A stretch of 64,000 nucleotides of DNA from positions 1-64,000 of the IMG/VR virus record IMGVR_UViG_3300036791_001907; one strand, 5' to 3'. This document shows positions 1-10,200 of the stretch, piece after piece. Position numbers and translations under genes: made by a program. A model generated the notes under the pieces. The model saw only the letters and a program-made list of their open reading frames with translations. It did not search any database and was not told the DNA's origin. The DNA is from a virus. Each line of letters opens with the position of its first letter. Within the stretch, counting starts at the first letter, position 1.

Positions 1-549
1 TATTACCGCAACCAGAACCGCTACACCTGGAAGCTGATCAACGAATGGTGCCGGCGGGCCAACCTGCCGAAGTACGACCTGGGCGGGCGGATCGACTGCC
101 CCCCGGGCTACCAGTCGATCGACCTCCTCGATGCCGACATCATCTGCGACGTGACCCAGGGGCTGCCGTTCGAGGACGACTCGGTCGGCGTCTTCCGGGC
201 GGCCGACTTCCTGGAACACATTCCCCGGGAGCACGTCGTTGCCGTCATGAACGAGCTGTGGCGCTGCCTGGCGCCCGGCGGCTGGTTGATCAGCCGCACC
301 CCTTCGACGGGCGGCAAGGGGGCCTTCTGTGATCCGACCCATGCGTCCTTCTGGAACGACTTGAGTTTCCGGTATTATTGCGACCGCCGTTACGCAGCGT
401 ATGTCCCCGAGATCAAGTGCCGCTTCAAGGCGGTGCGGGTCTGGGAGTGCTATCCGAGCGACTGGCACAAGCGGAATGAGCTGAAGTACGTGTACGCTGA
501 CCTCGTGGCACTTAAAGGCCAACGGTATCCTGGACTTCAGCTTATATGA
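1..549 (+). CDS. Class I SAM-dependent methyltransferase domain protein (5'-truncated by the window; possibly the C-terminus of a glycosyltransferase fusion)
   Basis: Frame 1 is open from base 1: YYRNQNRY...KYDLGGRIDCPPGYQSIDLLDADIICDVTQGLPFEDDSV...DFLEHI...MNELWRCLAPGGWL...DPTH. These are Methyltransf_11-type motifs. Confidence 0.75.
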   Translation, partial: YYRNQNRYTWKLINEWCRRANLPKYDLGGRIDCPPGYQSIDLLDADIICDVTQGLPFEDDSVGVFRAADFLEHIPREHVVAVMNELWRCLAPGGWLISRTPSTGGKGAFCDPTHASFWNDLSFRYYCDRRYAAYVPEIKCRFKAVRVWECYPSDWHKRNELKYVYADLVALKGQRYPGLQLI

Positions 550-1094
550 ATGATAAACGATGCAACCGGTGCAAGCAACGTTTGCCTTTGTCCGCGTTCA
601 ATAAGGATCGGGCAACCAAGGATGGTCTGAACTACGACTGTCGTGGATGCTCACAAGCACGGGCCAAGGCATACTATGCCGCCAATTGTGAGGAGAAGAG
701 AGCCAAGAACCGGGCACGGCGTGCGGCTGATCCAGAACGGCATAACGGCTACTGGAAGAGGTGGGCCGCCAAGTCAGGCTATACCGCGCGGTCAGGTCAT
801 CTCAAGCGAAAGTATGGTATCACCGAAGTCGAGTACGCCGCGATGGTTACCACCCAGGGCGGCCTCTGTGCCATCTGCCGCCAGCCGGAAACGATGATGC
901 GAAATGGCGTGCCGGTTCCGCTCTCGGTCGATCATGATCACGTGACAGGCGAGATCCGCCAGCTTCTCTGTTATCTCTGTAATACCGCCGTGGCCATGCT
1001 CCGCGAAGATCCCGAACTGGCGCGTCGCGTCGCAGCGTACCTGGAAGAGCATCATGGGCTTATCAGGCTTGCAGCTGATCTAGCCACGCCGTAG
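546..1094 (+). CDS. Endonuclease VII-family (His-Me finger) nuclease with N-terminal zinc-finger; probable free-standing homing endonuclease
   Basis: N-terminal CxxC...CxxC (KRCNRCK...DCRGC); LKRKYGIT...QGGLCAICR...LSVDHDHVTGEIRQLLCYLCN is the EndoVII motif. Codon usage is visibly more AT-rich than the neighbours. 4-nt overlap with the upstream stop. Confidence 0.85.
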   Translation: MNDKRCNRCKQRLPLSAFNKDRATKDGLNYDCRGCSQARAKAYYAANCEEKRAKNRARRAADPERHNGYWKRWAAKSGYTARSGHLKRKYGITEVEYAAMVTTQGGLCAICRQPETMMRNGVPVPLSVDHDHVTGEIRQLLCYLCNTAVAMLREDPELARRVAAYLEEHHGLIRLAADLATP

Positions 1095-1153
1095 AATCGG
1101 CGCCTGGTAGCCCATGGCCTGCACGGAGGTCATCTGAGGAAAGGGAGTTCCCC

Positions 1154-1699
1154 ATGGCAGCTTCGGTTGACATCCTGCGGTGGTGCGGTGCGGTCGGCAG
1201 CCCCACCAAGACCGTCATCACCGGCATTAACACCCGCGCCAACGCCATGGACGCGCACTCGACGGCCGACACGTCGAGCCCGGTCCAGATCCCGGCCACG
1301 GGCAGCAACTACAGCTACTGGGTGTGCACCCGGCTGACGGCCAACACGTCACCGGCCGGGACCATCAATAACCTGCGGTGGTATTCGTCAGGTACCAACA
1401 ACCTGGGGACCGGGATCACCTGCCAGGGGAACGAGGCCACGGCCTACACCCAGGCCAGCGGCACCGTCGGTCAGACCGGGATCCAGCTCACCACCGCCAA
1501 CTACGCCTCGGTCACGACACCCGCGGACGTCTTCGGCACGTTCACGGCGGCCGCGCCCAAGAGCCTGGCCGGCTCGATCGCGAACCCGACCACGGGCGAC
1601 TTCGGATCATGGTTCGTGTACCAGATCTCGGTCGCGAGTACCGCCTCGCCGGGAGCCACGGCCCAGACCACGTTTACTTATAAGTATGATGAGACTTGA
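1154..1699 (+). CDS. Putative virion fibre/decoration subunit (Thr/Ser/Gly-rich beta protein ending ...TFTYKYDET)
   Basis: SD AAGGGAG before ATG; strong GC3 codon bias; beta-rich composition; location in the structural region. Confidence 0.55.
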   Translation: MAASVDILRWCGAVGSPTKTVITGINTRANAMDAHSTADTSSPVQIPATGSNYSYWVCTRLTANTSPAGTINNLRWYSSGTNNLGTGITCQGNEATAYTQASGTVGQTGIQLTTANYASVTTPADVFGTFTAAAPKSLAGSIANPTTGDFGSWFVYQISVASTASPGATAQTTFTYKYDET

Positions 1700-1728
1700 T
1701 GTTGGTCCGTTGATGTAAGGACAGTGCC

Positions 1729-2412
1729 ATGCCCGATCCCCGCCAACCCCAACGACCCGGCCAGCCGCCGCGACCCGGCCAGCCCCAGCGCCCGGTCCAG
1801 CCGCCGGCCCGGCAGGCAGCACCATTGCCACAGCGGGGTCAGCCCGTGGAGCGGCCCGTTCCTCACGATACTGCTGCCGACCATCTGGGCGCTCCCGACA
1901 TCCACGCCGGTGATCCGGAAGCCGCCGCCAAGCAGGCCAAGGCCCGGCCGGTGCGGCCGCTGGCGCCGGAAGACCAGGCGCCGCCCGTCGAGTTCGAGCG
2001 CAAGCTCAAGAAGGGCGAGAGCTACTGGGTCGTCGGCAACGAGGACATGCCCACGGTCCGCAAGGGGCGGATCATCCGTCTCTCGGACGAACCGGGCAAG
2101 GCCGTTGGTCTCGAGTTCGACGAGCCCATTGAGGGCGTCAACCACACCTGCGACGGCCGGGGCAAGCAGGGGCACTGCCTCTACGCGCGGCCCGACCAGG
2201 TCCTGGACGACAAGGCCATGGAGGCCTGGAAGGCCCACAAGAAGGAAGCGCAGGCGCCGTCGCCGTACGAGGACTTCGACGAGCTGACCGTCGGTCCCCA
2301 GCATTCCCAGCCGCTGACCCCGATGATCGAAGGTCGGGAGCAGATGACCCTCACCAGGGGCGACGTCGGCAAGCTCGATCTCAGCAGGAAGGGCGACGAG
2401 GACGAAGAGTAA
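1729..2412 (+). CDS. Hypothetical protein: Pro/Gln-rich N-terminus plus CAP-Gly/SH3-like domain
   Basis: SD AAGGA; PQRPGQP repeats; GRIIRL...AVGLEFDEPIEGVNHTCDGRGKQGHCLY resembles the GVE(L/F)DEP motif of CAP-Gly-like folds. Confidence 0.55.
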   Translation: MPDPRQPQRPGQPPRPGQPQRPVQPPARQAAPLPQRGQPVERPVPHDTAADHLGAPDIHAGDPEAAAKQAKARPVRPLAPEDQAPPVEFERKLKKGESYWVVGNEDMPTVRKGRIIRLSDEPGKAVGLEFDEPIEGVNHTCDGRGKQGHCLYARPDQVLDDKAMEAWKAHKKEAQAPSPYEDFDELTVGPQHSQPLTPMIEGREQMTLTRGDVGKLDLSRKGDEDEE

Positions 2413-2489
2413 CCCGTGCCAGGACCGGCCGCCGCCGAATACCATCGCCGGCGGCCACTTCGGGTCCAACCCAACAGGAGGGCAATACA

Positions 2490-3293
2490 ATGCCTTTCGC
2501 CTGGACCGCCTTCTATCACGATGGCGGGTTCGCGCAGCAGCGCCGCAACGACCCGCTTCACCTTGACACCAGGATGCTCCGGAGCATCCAGCTCGCCGAC
2601 CACGAGGGTCGGCCCTTTCTTGAGCAGCTCTTCGAGCCCCAGCAGCGGGCGATCTACCACGTCCTGCCCGAGACCCCGATCTCCGGAGCACCCTGCCACA
2701 TGCTGGGCTGGCAGGAGACGCTCATGCGCAATGGCCGCCAGATCTCGGTCCAGCACATCGCCTACGCCTCGGAGGACGGCCGGATCGTGATGGCCGGTCG
2801 TTATGACGAGGGCCTGCCCTGGTTCGCCGTGGCTCGTGATGTCGACGACCGGATCCCCGACCTGACCTGGGTCGCCCACTATGAAGACGGCAAGAGCGAC
2901 CCGATGGTCGAGCCGGTCACCCGTACCGAGATCTCGACCGAGCAGCTCGATCGCAGCCGCCTCCTGTCCGTGGTCCTCTACGGCAACGGCGGCCTGCCCT
3001 GGTTCGAGCAGTACTTCGACCGGGGCCAGCGGATGATCTTCCGGCGGCGCCGGTATGAGGCGCCCGGCGGCCTGGGGGTGGACCAGAAGCAGATCGTCAA
3101 CATGCTGGGCTGGCAGCTCACGGCACAGGCCCAAAGCGGCCATAGCTCCAACGTGCAGCACATCGCCTACGCGATCGAGGACGAGTCGATCATCATGGGC
3201 GGCGCCTTCCAGGAGAACCACCCCTGGTTCCACGCCCCGCAGTATGTTCCCGCTGACGGCTGGGAGATCGGCGGGGTCTTGCCCGAGACCTGA
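2490..3293 (+). CDS. Hypothetical protein made of two tandem copies of a ~125-aa domain
   Basis: SD AGGAGG; both halves contain W-x-A-x-Y-x-DG ... MLGWQ ... VQHIAYAxED ... PWF. Confidence 0.7.
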   Translation: MPFAWTAFYHDGGFAQQRRNDPLHLDTRMLRSIQLADHEGRPFLEQLFEPQQRAIYHVLPETPISGAPCHMLGWQETLMRNGRQISVQHIAYASEDGRIVMAGRYDEGLPWFAVARDVDDRIPDLTWVAHYEDGKSDPMVEPVTRTEISTEQLDRSRLLSVVLYGNGGLPWFEQYFDRGQRMIFRRRRYEAPGGLGVDQKQIVNMLGWQLTAQAQSGHSSNVQHIAYAIEDESIIMGGAFQENHPWFHAPQYVPADGWEIGGVLPET

Positions 3294-3321
3294 CTGGCCC
3301 CCCGGCCCACGGAGGGGCCCT

Positions 3322-6300
3322 GTGCCACCCGCCCAGCCAACCACGTCGCACGGTACCTCGACCGCCCTGGTCGCGGCGCCTGGCGTCGCGCCGCGCGCGT
3401 CGCTTCTCGAGTTCGTCCAGCGCGACAACTGGCGCAACGGCTTCTGGATCGGCCAGTACGGCGCCCAGGGTTATTCCGTGCTCCAGTTCGCCGGCACGCC
3501 CGACGTGCTGCCGCCCGGCTGCACGGTCACCTACGCCGGCGGCACCCTCAGCACCAACTGGGTCAGCGGCACCGACCCGCGAGGGCTTCAAGTCCCGGGT
3601 AGTCCTGGCCAGTTTGGCCTCGGGAACTACGACTCGAACGGCTGCACGGTCACGTTCCAGATCACTGATGGTCTCCCGCATGCGCTGTCGTTCTACTTCT
3701 GGGACGCCAGCCTGATCCACCGCCAGCAGACCATCGCGGTCTACGACGTTACCGGTACGACCGTACTGGAGGGGCCCAGGGACTGCGGCGACTATGACAC
3801 CACCGGCGTGTACATGACCTGGAACACGTCAGGTTCGGTCCAGTTCAAGTTTGCCGTTGGCTATTATTCGGCATTTTTCTGCGCCTGGTTCGTCGATCCG
3901 CCCAAGACAGTCCGTGGCCGGGCGCACGGTACTGACACGGCGCTACTGGCGCCGACGGCCGTGTTTGTGCAGCGCGACAACTGGCGCAATGGCTATTACT
4001 GGATCGGCACATACGGCGCGCAGGGCTATTCGCTCCTCCAGAACCAGGGGGTGGTCGACGTCCTGCCGCCGTCATCCAAGGTGACTCTGAGCAACCCCGC
4101 CAACCTCGCGGTCAACTGGGCCAACTGCGGCCCTCCGGGCGGCCTGGCGATCCCCGGCGGCGGCACCGCTGGGGTCTCGATCTACTACACGAGCGGCAGC
4201 GCGATCATCAGCATCACGTTCCAGATCGGCGACGATCTTCCTCACGCCGTGTCGCTCTATAGCTTTGACACCGGCTATGGCTGGCGGGGGACTCTTGCGG
4301 CCTACGACGGCAGCGGCGGCCAGCTGCTTGACGGGCCCCGCGACATAGGCGACTACAGTACGACCGGCGTCTACATGACCTGGAACATCCGGGGCGCGGT
4401 CCAGTTCCAGCTCGCCGCAACAAACGGGAACATCCTGATCGACGGCTGGTTCATCGACCGGCCGAAGTCAGTCGGCGGCGGCCAGGCGCACGGCACTGAC
4501 ACCCTGTTGCGCGCGCCGACGGCAAGCTTCGTGCAGCGCGACAACTGGCGCAATGGTTTCTGGGTCGGCCCGTACGGCAACCAGGGCTACTCACTCGCCG
4601 GGTACAACAGCATCCCTGATGTTCTGCCGCCGTCGTGCTCATGGACTGTGCCTACCGCTGGCATTGCGAACCCATGGTATACCGGCAGTGATCCCCGCTA
4701 TCCCCAGCACCCTGATGGCTCTGCGGCCACCGGCCTCGCGGCCTATTACGGCGGTGGCTGGACCATGACGTTCCAGCTGGGTGACGGCCATCCCCACGCG
4801 ATCTCGCTCTTCTGTCTCGATGCCGAGAAGATGCGTACGCAGACCATCACGATCTACGACATCACCGGCACCAACATCATCGACGGACCCAGGGACTGCG
4901 GCGACTTTGGTACCACCGGCATCTACATGACCTGGAACGTGAACGGTCCGGTCTACGTTTACGGCATATATACAGGGACAACGGGATATAACGCGGTGAT
5001 CTCGGCCTGGTTCGTCGACCGGCCGATCACCGTCGGCGGCCAGGCGCATAGCAGCGACAGTCTGATCGTGGCGCCCACGCCGGCCGCGCCGACCAGGGCG
5101 CACGCCAGCGACTCGCTCCTGCTCGGCAACCTGATCTCATGGTGGCGTCTGGACGAGACCGCGACGGGCGCGGTCGCGGTCGACTCGGCGCCTCCCGCGG
5201 CCAATGCCACCGACTCGGCCGGCACCACGACCGCGTCGACCCCGGCGCCGATCAACCCGGCGCCCAATGGCTTTCCCAACCCGGGCGGCCGCCACTTCCC
5301 CGGTACCACCGTCTGCCTCGACGCCGGGATCCAGCCCTATCACAACCTCACCAACAACTTCACCGTGGCCGCGTGGGTCCGGCTCGCGGCCGCGAGCACC
5401 TATGCGGTCGTGGGCCACTGCGACAACACGCCATCGACGCAGGGCTGGCTCCTGGGCACGCAGGGCGGCATACCCTACATGGGGGCGTCCAACAATGGCA
5501 TGGGCACGGCGGCCGCCGATGCGGCCCTGACGGCCGGGGTCTGGGCCCACATCACCGGGACCATTGTTGCCGGCAGGGAGCGCATCTACGTTGGTGGCCG
5601 GTTGCAGGCGGGCCAGAACGGTGTCGTACCGCTGCCCAGCCCGACCATGCACACGTACATCGGCCGCAGCGCCACGACGGGCACGGCCCAGTATTACAGC
5701 GGCGACATCGATGACGTCCGTATCTACCGCGTCGTTCTGACCAACGACCAGATCCAGAGCCTGGCCGGCGGCAATGAGCCGCTCTCCGTCACGCCCACAA
5801 CCCAGACGCACAGCACCAATACTTGGGTGATGACGCCGGCGGTCAAGATCTGCACCACCGACATCCGGGTGGTGCGCACGTCGGTCTGGCCGCATGGCAC
5901 CGATGCCATGCGGCATCTCCAGCTAAACGAAGCGCACGACACTGATACCGCGCTGCGCGCGACAACGCCCCGGGCCCACGGCACCAGTGTCACGCCGTGC
6001 GCGCCAGTGTTCCAGGCCCATGCGGCTGATACCTATCTGGAGCCCGAGACCGCGGTGTTCATCCAGCGCGACAACTGGCGCCAGGGCGCCTGGATCGGCC
6101 AGTATGGCGCGCAGGGCTATTCCCTGCTCGGCTACGGTGGGACGCCCGACGTGCTGCCGCCGCAGTGCACGGTTAGCCATGCGGGCGGCACCCTCGTGAA
6201 CCCGTGGGTCTCGGGCACTGATCCGCGCTATCTTCAGACTCCCAGTGCTGGCACCCCGGGGCTTGCCGCGTATCACACGCCGATCACGACCGTGGTCGAG

Positions 6301-6696
6301 CTTGGAGAGACCGGCCCGCACGCCCTGACGTTCTACTGCTTCGATGCCAACCAGATCGGCCGCGACCAGACGATCGCAGTCTATGCCGCCGACGGCGTTA
6401 CCCTGCTCGACGGGCCCCGGGACTGCGGTGACATCGGCACCACCGGCGTCTACATGACCTGGAACGTGCAGGGCACGATCCAGTTCATCTTTACCGCGGT
6501 CAACCAGGATGCGGTCTTTTCCGCCTGGTTCATCGACTCCTGGATCAAGGTCTACGGACCGTTCTACAGTACCGACACCATGTTGCTCGCGGTGCCGACC
6601 ATGACCCATTCGACCGGTTCGTTCCTCGTCAAGATCGTGGCGTCGCGCTCCCGCACCCAGCGGGTGGGCACGCGCCCCACCGCCTTCGGAGACTAA
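3322..6696 (+). CDS. Large fibre/adhesin: four FVQRDNWR beta-sandwich repeats, a LamG/concanavalin-A-like domain and HxTD repeats
   Basis: GGAGG at 3311 precedes GTG 3322 (the track start 3055 overlaps the previous gene). Repeats start at 3412, 3964, 4528 and 6058. LamG motifs LISWWRLDE...FTVAAWV...WAHITGT...IYVGG...YSGDIDDVRIYRVVLT at about 5125-5790. Confidence 0.8.
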   Translation: MPPAQPTTSHGTSTALVAAPGVAPRASLLEFVQRDNWRNGFWIGQYGAQGYSVLQFAGTPDVLPPGCTVTYAGGTLSTNWVSGTDPRGLQVPGSPGQFGLGNYDSNGCTVTFQITDGLPHALSFYFWDASLIHRQQTIAVYDVTGTTVLEGPRDCGDYDTTGVYMTWNTSGSVQFKFAVGYYSAFFCAWFVDPPKTVRGRAHGTDTALLAPTAVFVQRDNWRNGYYWIGTYGAQGYSLLQNQGVVDVLPPSSKVTLSNPANLAVNWANCGPPGGLAIPGGGTAGVSIYYTSGSAIISITFQIGDDLPHAVSLYSFDTGYGWRGTLAAYDGSGGQLLDGPRDIGDYSTTGVYMTWNIRGAVQFQLAATNGNILIDGWFIDRPKSVGGGQAHGTDTLLRAPTASFVQRDNWRNGFWVGPYGNQGYSLAGYNSIPDVLPPSCSWTVPTAGIANPWYTGSDPRYPQHPDGSAATGLAAYYGGGWTMTFQLGDGHPHAISLFCLDAEKMRTQTITIYDITGTNIIDGPRDCGDFGTTGIYMTWNVNGPVYVYGIYTGTTGYNAVISAWFVDRPITVGGQAHSSDSLIVAPTPAAPTRAHASDSLLLGNLISWWRLDETATGAVAVDSAPPAANATDSAGTTTASTPAPINPAPNGFPNPGGRHFPGTTVCLDAGIQPYHNLTNNFTVAAWVRLAAASTYAVVGHCDNTPSTQGWLLGTQGGIPYMGASNNGMGTAAADAALTAGVWAHITGTIVAGRERIYVGGRLQAGQNGVVPLPSPTMHTYIGRSATTGTAQYYSGDIDDVRIYRVVLTNDQIQSLAGGNEPLSVTPTTQTHSTNTWVMTPAVKICTTDIRVVRTSVWPHGTDAMRHLQLNEAHDTDTALRATTPRAHGTSVTPCAPVFQAHAADTYLEPETAVFIQRDNWRQGAWIGQYGAQGYSLLGYGGTPDVLPPQCTVSHAGGTLVNPWVSGTDPRYLQTPSAGTPGLAAYHTPITTVVELGETGPHALTFYCFDANQIGRDQTIAVYAADGVTLLDGPRDCGDIGTTGVYMTWNVQGTIQFIFTAVNQDAVFSAWFIDSWIKVYGPFYSTDTMLLAVPTMTHSTGSFLVKIVASRSRTQRVGTRPTAFGD

Positions 6697-6700
6697 CGCC

Positions 6701-7252
6701 ATGAAGGAGCGGCAGCAGAACAGCACCATCTACCCGATCGGGTTCCTGCTGGTCCTGAGCACCGATCACATCACCGGCGCCACCGGCCGCGCCGCCACGC
6801 TCACCCTGACGATCTCCAAGAACGGCGGCGTGTTCGCCGCCCCCGTCGGCATCGTCACCGAGACCGGCTTCGGCTGGTACAGCTGGTCCCCCAGCTCGGG
6901 CGACCGTGACACCCTGGGCGAGCTGAAGCTGCACGTCGTCGATGCGCTCTCTGATCCTTACGACGAGAAGTACGACATCGTCGCCTACGATCCGTTCGCC
7001 GCCGTGGCGCTGCCGGCCGCCGAGCACACGGCCATCGCCGACGCGATCCTGACTCGCGACTGGACCCAGATCGCGAGCTGGCCGACCCGCTGTTTGCTCC
7101 AGGGCCTGCGGCTGCTGCGCAACAAGTGGTCGATCGCTCCGGCTACGGGCGTGCTCACCGTGACCACCGAGGACGACGCGACCCAGGCCTGGCAGATGCA
7201 GACCCAGAGCCAGGCGGGCGCCGCACCGATCGTGGGCCAGACCCCGATGTGA
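6701..7252 (+). CDS. Virion structural protein, paralogous to the C-terminal domain of the 7265-12934 protein
   Basis: Shares RQ...T.Y..GFLLV...GWY...DR...GE...AIADA.LTR...AWQ...PI.G..PM with residues encoded at about 12400-12934. Confidence 0.65.
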   Translation: MKERQQNSTIYPIGFLLVLSTDHITGATGRAATLTLTISKNGGVFAAPVGIVTETGFGWYSWSPSSGDRDTLGELKLHVVDALSDPYDEKYDIVAYDPFAAVALPAAEHTAIADAILTRDWTQIASWPTRCLLQGLRLLRNKWSIAPATGVLTVTTEDDATQAWQMQTQSQAGAAPIVGQTPM

Positions 7253-7264
7253 CGGACCCTATTC

Positions 7265-10200
7265 ATGGCCTCGATCCCGTTGACTCCCGATGCTGGACCG
7301 ACGGCGGCCCACGGCGCTGACGCCTGGCTGCGGCCCGTTGCCGCGCGGAGTCACCGGACCGGCACGGTCAACGTGGGCCTGGGGCAGACCCGCGCGCAGG
7401 CCATGTCGGTCGTTACGCAGCGTATTGAGGACCGGGGACACGCGACGGCCACCACGATGATCCTCGTGGGGGCAGGCACGCACATCACCGGTGCGCGCGC
7501 CCGTGCCGAACTGACCCAGGTGCATGCGACCGCGACGATCGTGGCTGGTCTGGCGCGCGCCACGCCCCGCGCCGCCAGCCCGGGCTACACGAGCCCGCTC
7601 GGCATCTGGTTGGGTGGTGCCTCCCAGGCGAACTTCAGCGTGCCCACGAGCCACGGCACCAGCACGCTGACGGTCTTCCGCCGCGTGCTCACGTACAGCA
7701 CCGACACGATGGAGCAGGGCATCCCGGCGCGGGTTCAGATCAGCGATACGCTAACGTGGTTCGCCGCGACGCCCATTCACGGCACCAACACGGTGGCGTA
7801 TGCGCGGCTCGCCCAGGCACATCAGACCGATGTGCTGATCCGCACCGCGGCTGCGCGGGTCCACACCACCGGTAGCTTGATCGCATTGCTGCGCACCAGC
7901 GCCCGGGTTCAGCTCACGAACAGTCTTGCCAGAAGCACCTCGACCCGAAGCAGTGCGACCGACAGCCGGACCTACAGTACTGCGCTCCCGGTGAATATCA
8001 CTGATGGATTGCTCCGCGCCACGACCGTCCGGTCCCACGCGACCAGCACGCGCTGCCGCGCCACGGCCGTCCGGTCCCAGACGACCAGCACGCTCTGCCG
8101 TGCTACGCCCATCTGGTCCTTCATGACTGATGCGCTCCGGCGCGCGACCGGAAGCCATCCGCACGCGACCAGCATCCTGCGGTTCGCGTCCGTGAGCCGG
8201 GCGCATGCGACCGATATCCGGACCCGCAGCGCTATCGTCCATGTGCACACGACCGATGTTCGCGCCGCGGTGCGAGTCAGCGCCGCGGTGCTCCATACGA
8301 CTGATGTCGATCGCCACGGGATCGTGGTCCGGACCCACGCGGCCGACGGTCTGAAGCTTTCCCCTGGTGCCTGGGTCTACAACACCGACGCGGCAACCCG
8401 CATCGCGCGGCTCCAGACGCACGGTACCAGCACGCAGGTCGCGCAGCTGGCGGCGCGGCTGCGGGCCAACTTGACCGACACGCGCTCCCGCTGGATCTCG
8501 ATCCGGTCCCATGGCACCGATACCCTGGTCATGCCGGCGGTGGTCGGCCTGGAGGTTTACTCCACTGATATCGTCCTTATGCTGGTCGCGCAGCCTGCCC
8601 ACGGCGCTGACGCCCTGGTCGCGCAGCTCATGGCGACTCCGCAAACCCATGCGGCCGACGCCGATCTCATGGGTCACTGCCATCCGCCCCACGGGACCGC
8701 CACCCTATTCAGCGTATTGACGGCGGCGGTGCACACGACCGACACCAGGATCGCAACGCGCGCGACACAGCAGCGAGTCCATGTCAGCGATACTCTGCTG
8801 CGGCCGCTGGTGGCCTTTGTCCAGCGCGACAACTGGCGCAATGGCATCAACTGGATCGGCCAGTACGGCGCCCAGGGCTACTCGCTCTACAGCTACAACA
8901 ATGTGCCCGACGTGTTGCCGCCGTCCTGCAACTACACCGTCACGAACCTCGGCATCGTCCCCAACTGGGTCACCGGCACGGGGGACCCGCGCTACCTCCA
9001 GGTTCCCAACTCCAGCACCACAGGAGCCGCGGTCTACTACGTGACGACCGGCCCGCCCGGATTGATCACGTTCCAGCTCAATGACAAGCATCCCCACGCG
9101 GTGACGCTCTACAGCTTCGACAAGGAGAAGGCGGGTCGCAAGCAGACCTGGGCGGTCTACGACGTCACGGGCACCACGCTCCTGGATGGTCCCCGCGACT
9201 GCGGCGACTTCGGCACCACCGGCATCTACATGACCTGGAACGTGGACGGGCCGGTCCAGTTTCAGCTCACCGACATGGCGGGCCCCGGGGCCAACGCGGT
9301 GACCTCGGCCTGGTTCATCGACCGGCCGATCACGGTGGGCGCGCGGGCGCACGGCAGCGACGTCGACATGGCGCGGCCGTTCTCCGGCAGGGCCCACTCC
9401 AGCGACACCATGGTGCGGGCAGCGACCGCGGTCTTCGTGCAGCGCGACAACTGGCGGGCATGCTACTGGATCGGCCAGTACGGCGCGCAGGGCTACTCGC
9501 TCTTCCAGGCGGGCGGCGGTGCCGGCACGCCCGATGTTCTGCCGCCCTGGCTCACATACAGTCTGAGCGGTACTGCTGTCCGGAACTGGGATGACGGCTA
9601 TCCGCCCTACTTCCTTGAGATCCCCAACAGTCCCGACGGTATTACCTGGATCTCGATCTTTTACACGGGCACCACCGCGACCGTCACGTTCCAGCTCACT
9701 GACGGTCTTCCTCATGCCCTGACGCTCTTCAGCGAGGACGGTGGCCAGGGCTGGCTGGGGACCATCGCGGTCTACGACGTCACCGGCACCACCCTGCTGG
9801 ACGGGCCCCGGGATGTGGGTCCCATGAGTGCCAATGGCATCTACATGACCTGGAACGTGACGGGCTCGGTGCAGTTCCTGCTTACGGCGACGAATGGCAA
9901 CATGATGGTCGATGCCTGGTTCGTCGACCGGCCGATCACCGTGGGTGGGAAGGCGCACGGCAGCGATAGCCTGACCGCGCAGGTCACGACGGCCAGAGCC
10001 CATTCCAGCGACGCCTTACTGGTACCGGCGGGACCAGCAACCTTCGTACAGCGCGACAACTGGCGCAACGGTGGCCGGTGGATCGGCACCTACGGACTTC
10101 AGGGCTACAGCATCTTCCAGTTGTCCGGAACGCCCGATGTGTTGCCGCCGAACTGCACGGTGATCCCGGCGGGCGGCGGCCTGGTTCAGGACTGGTTTGC

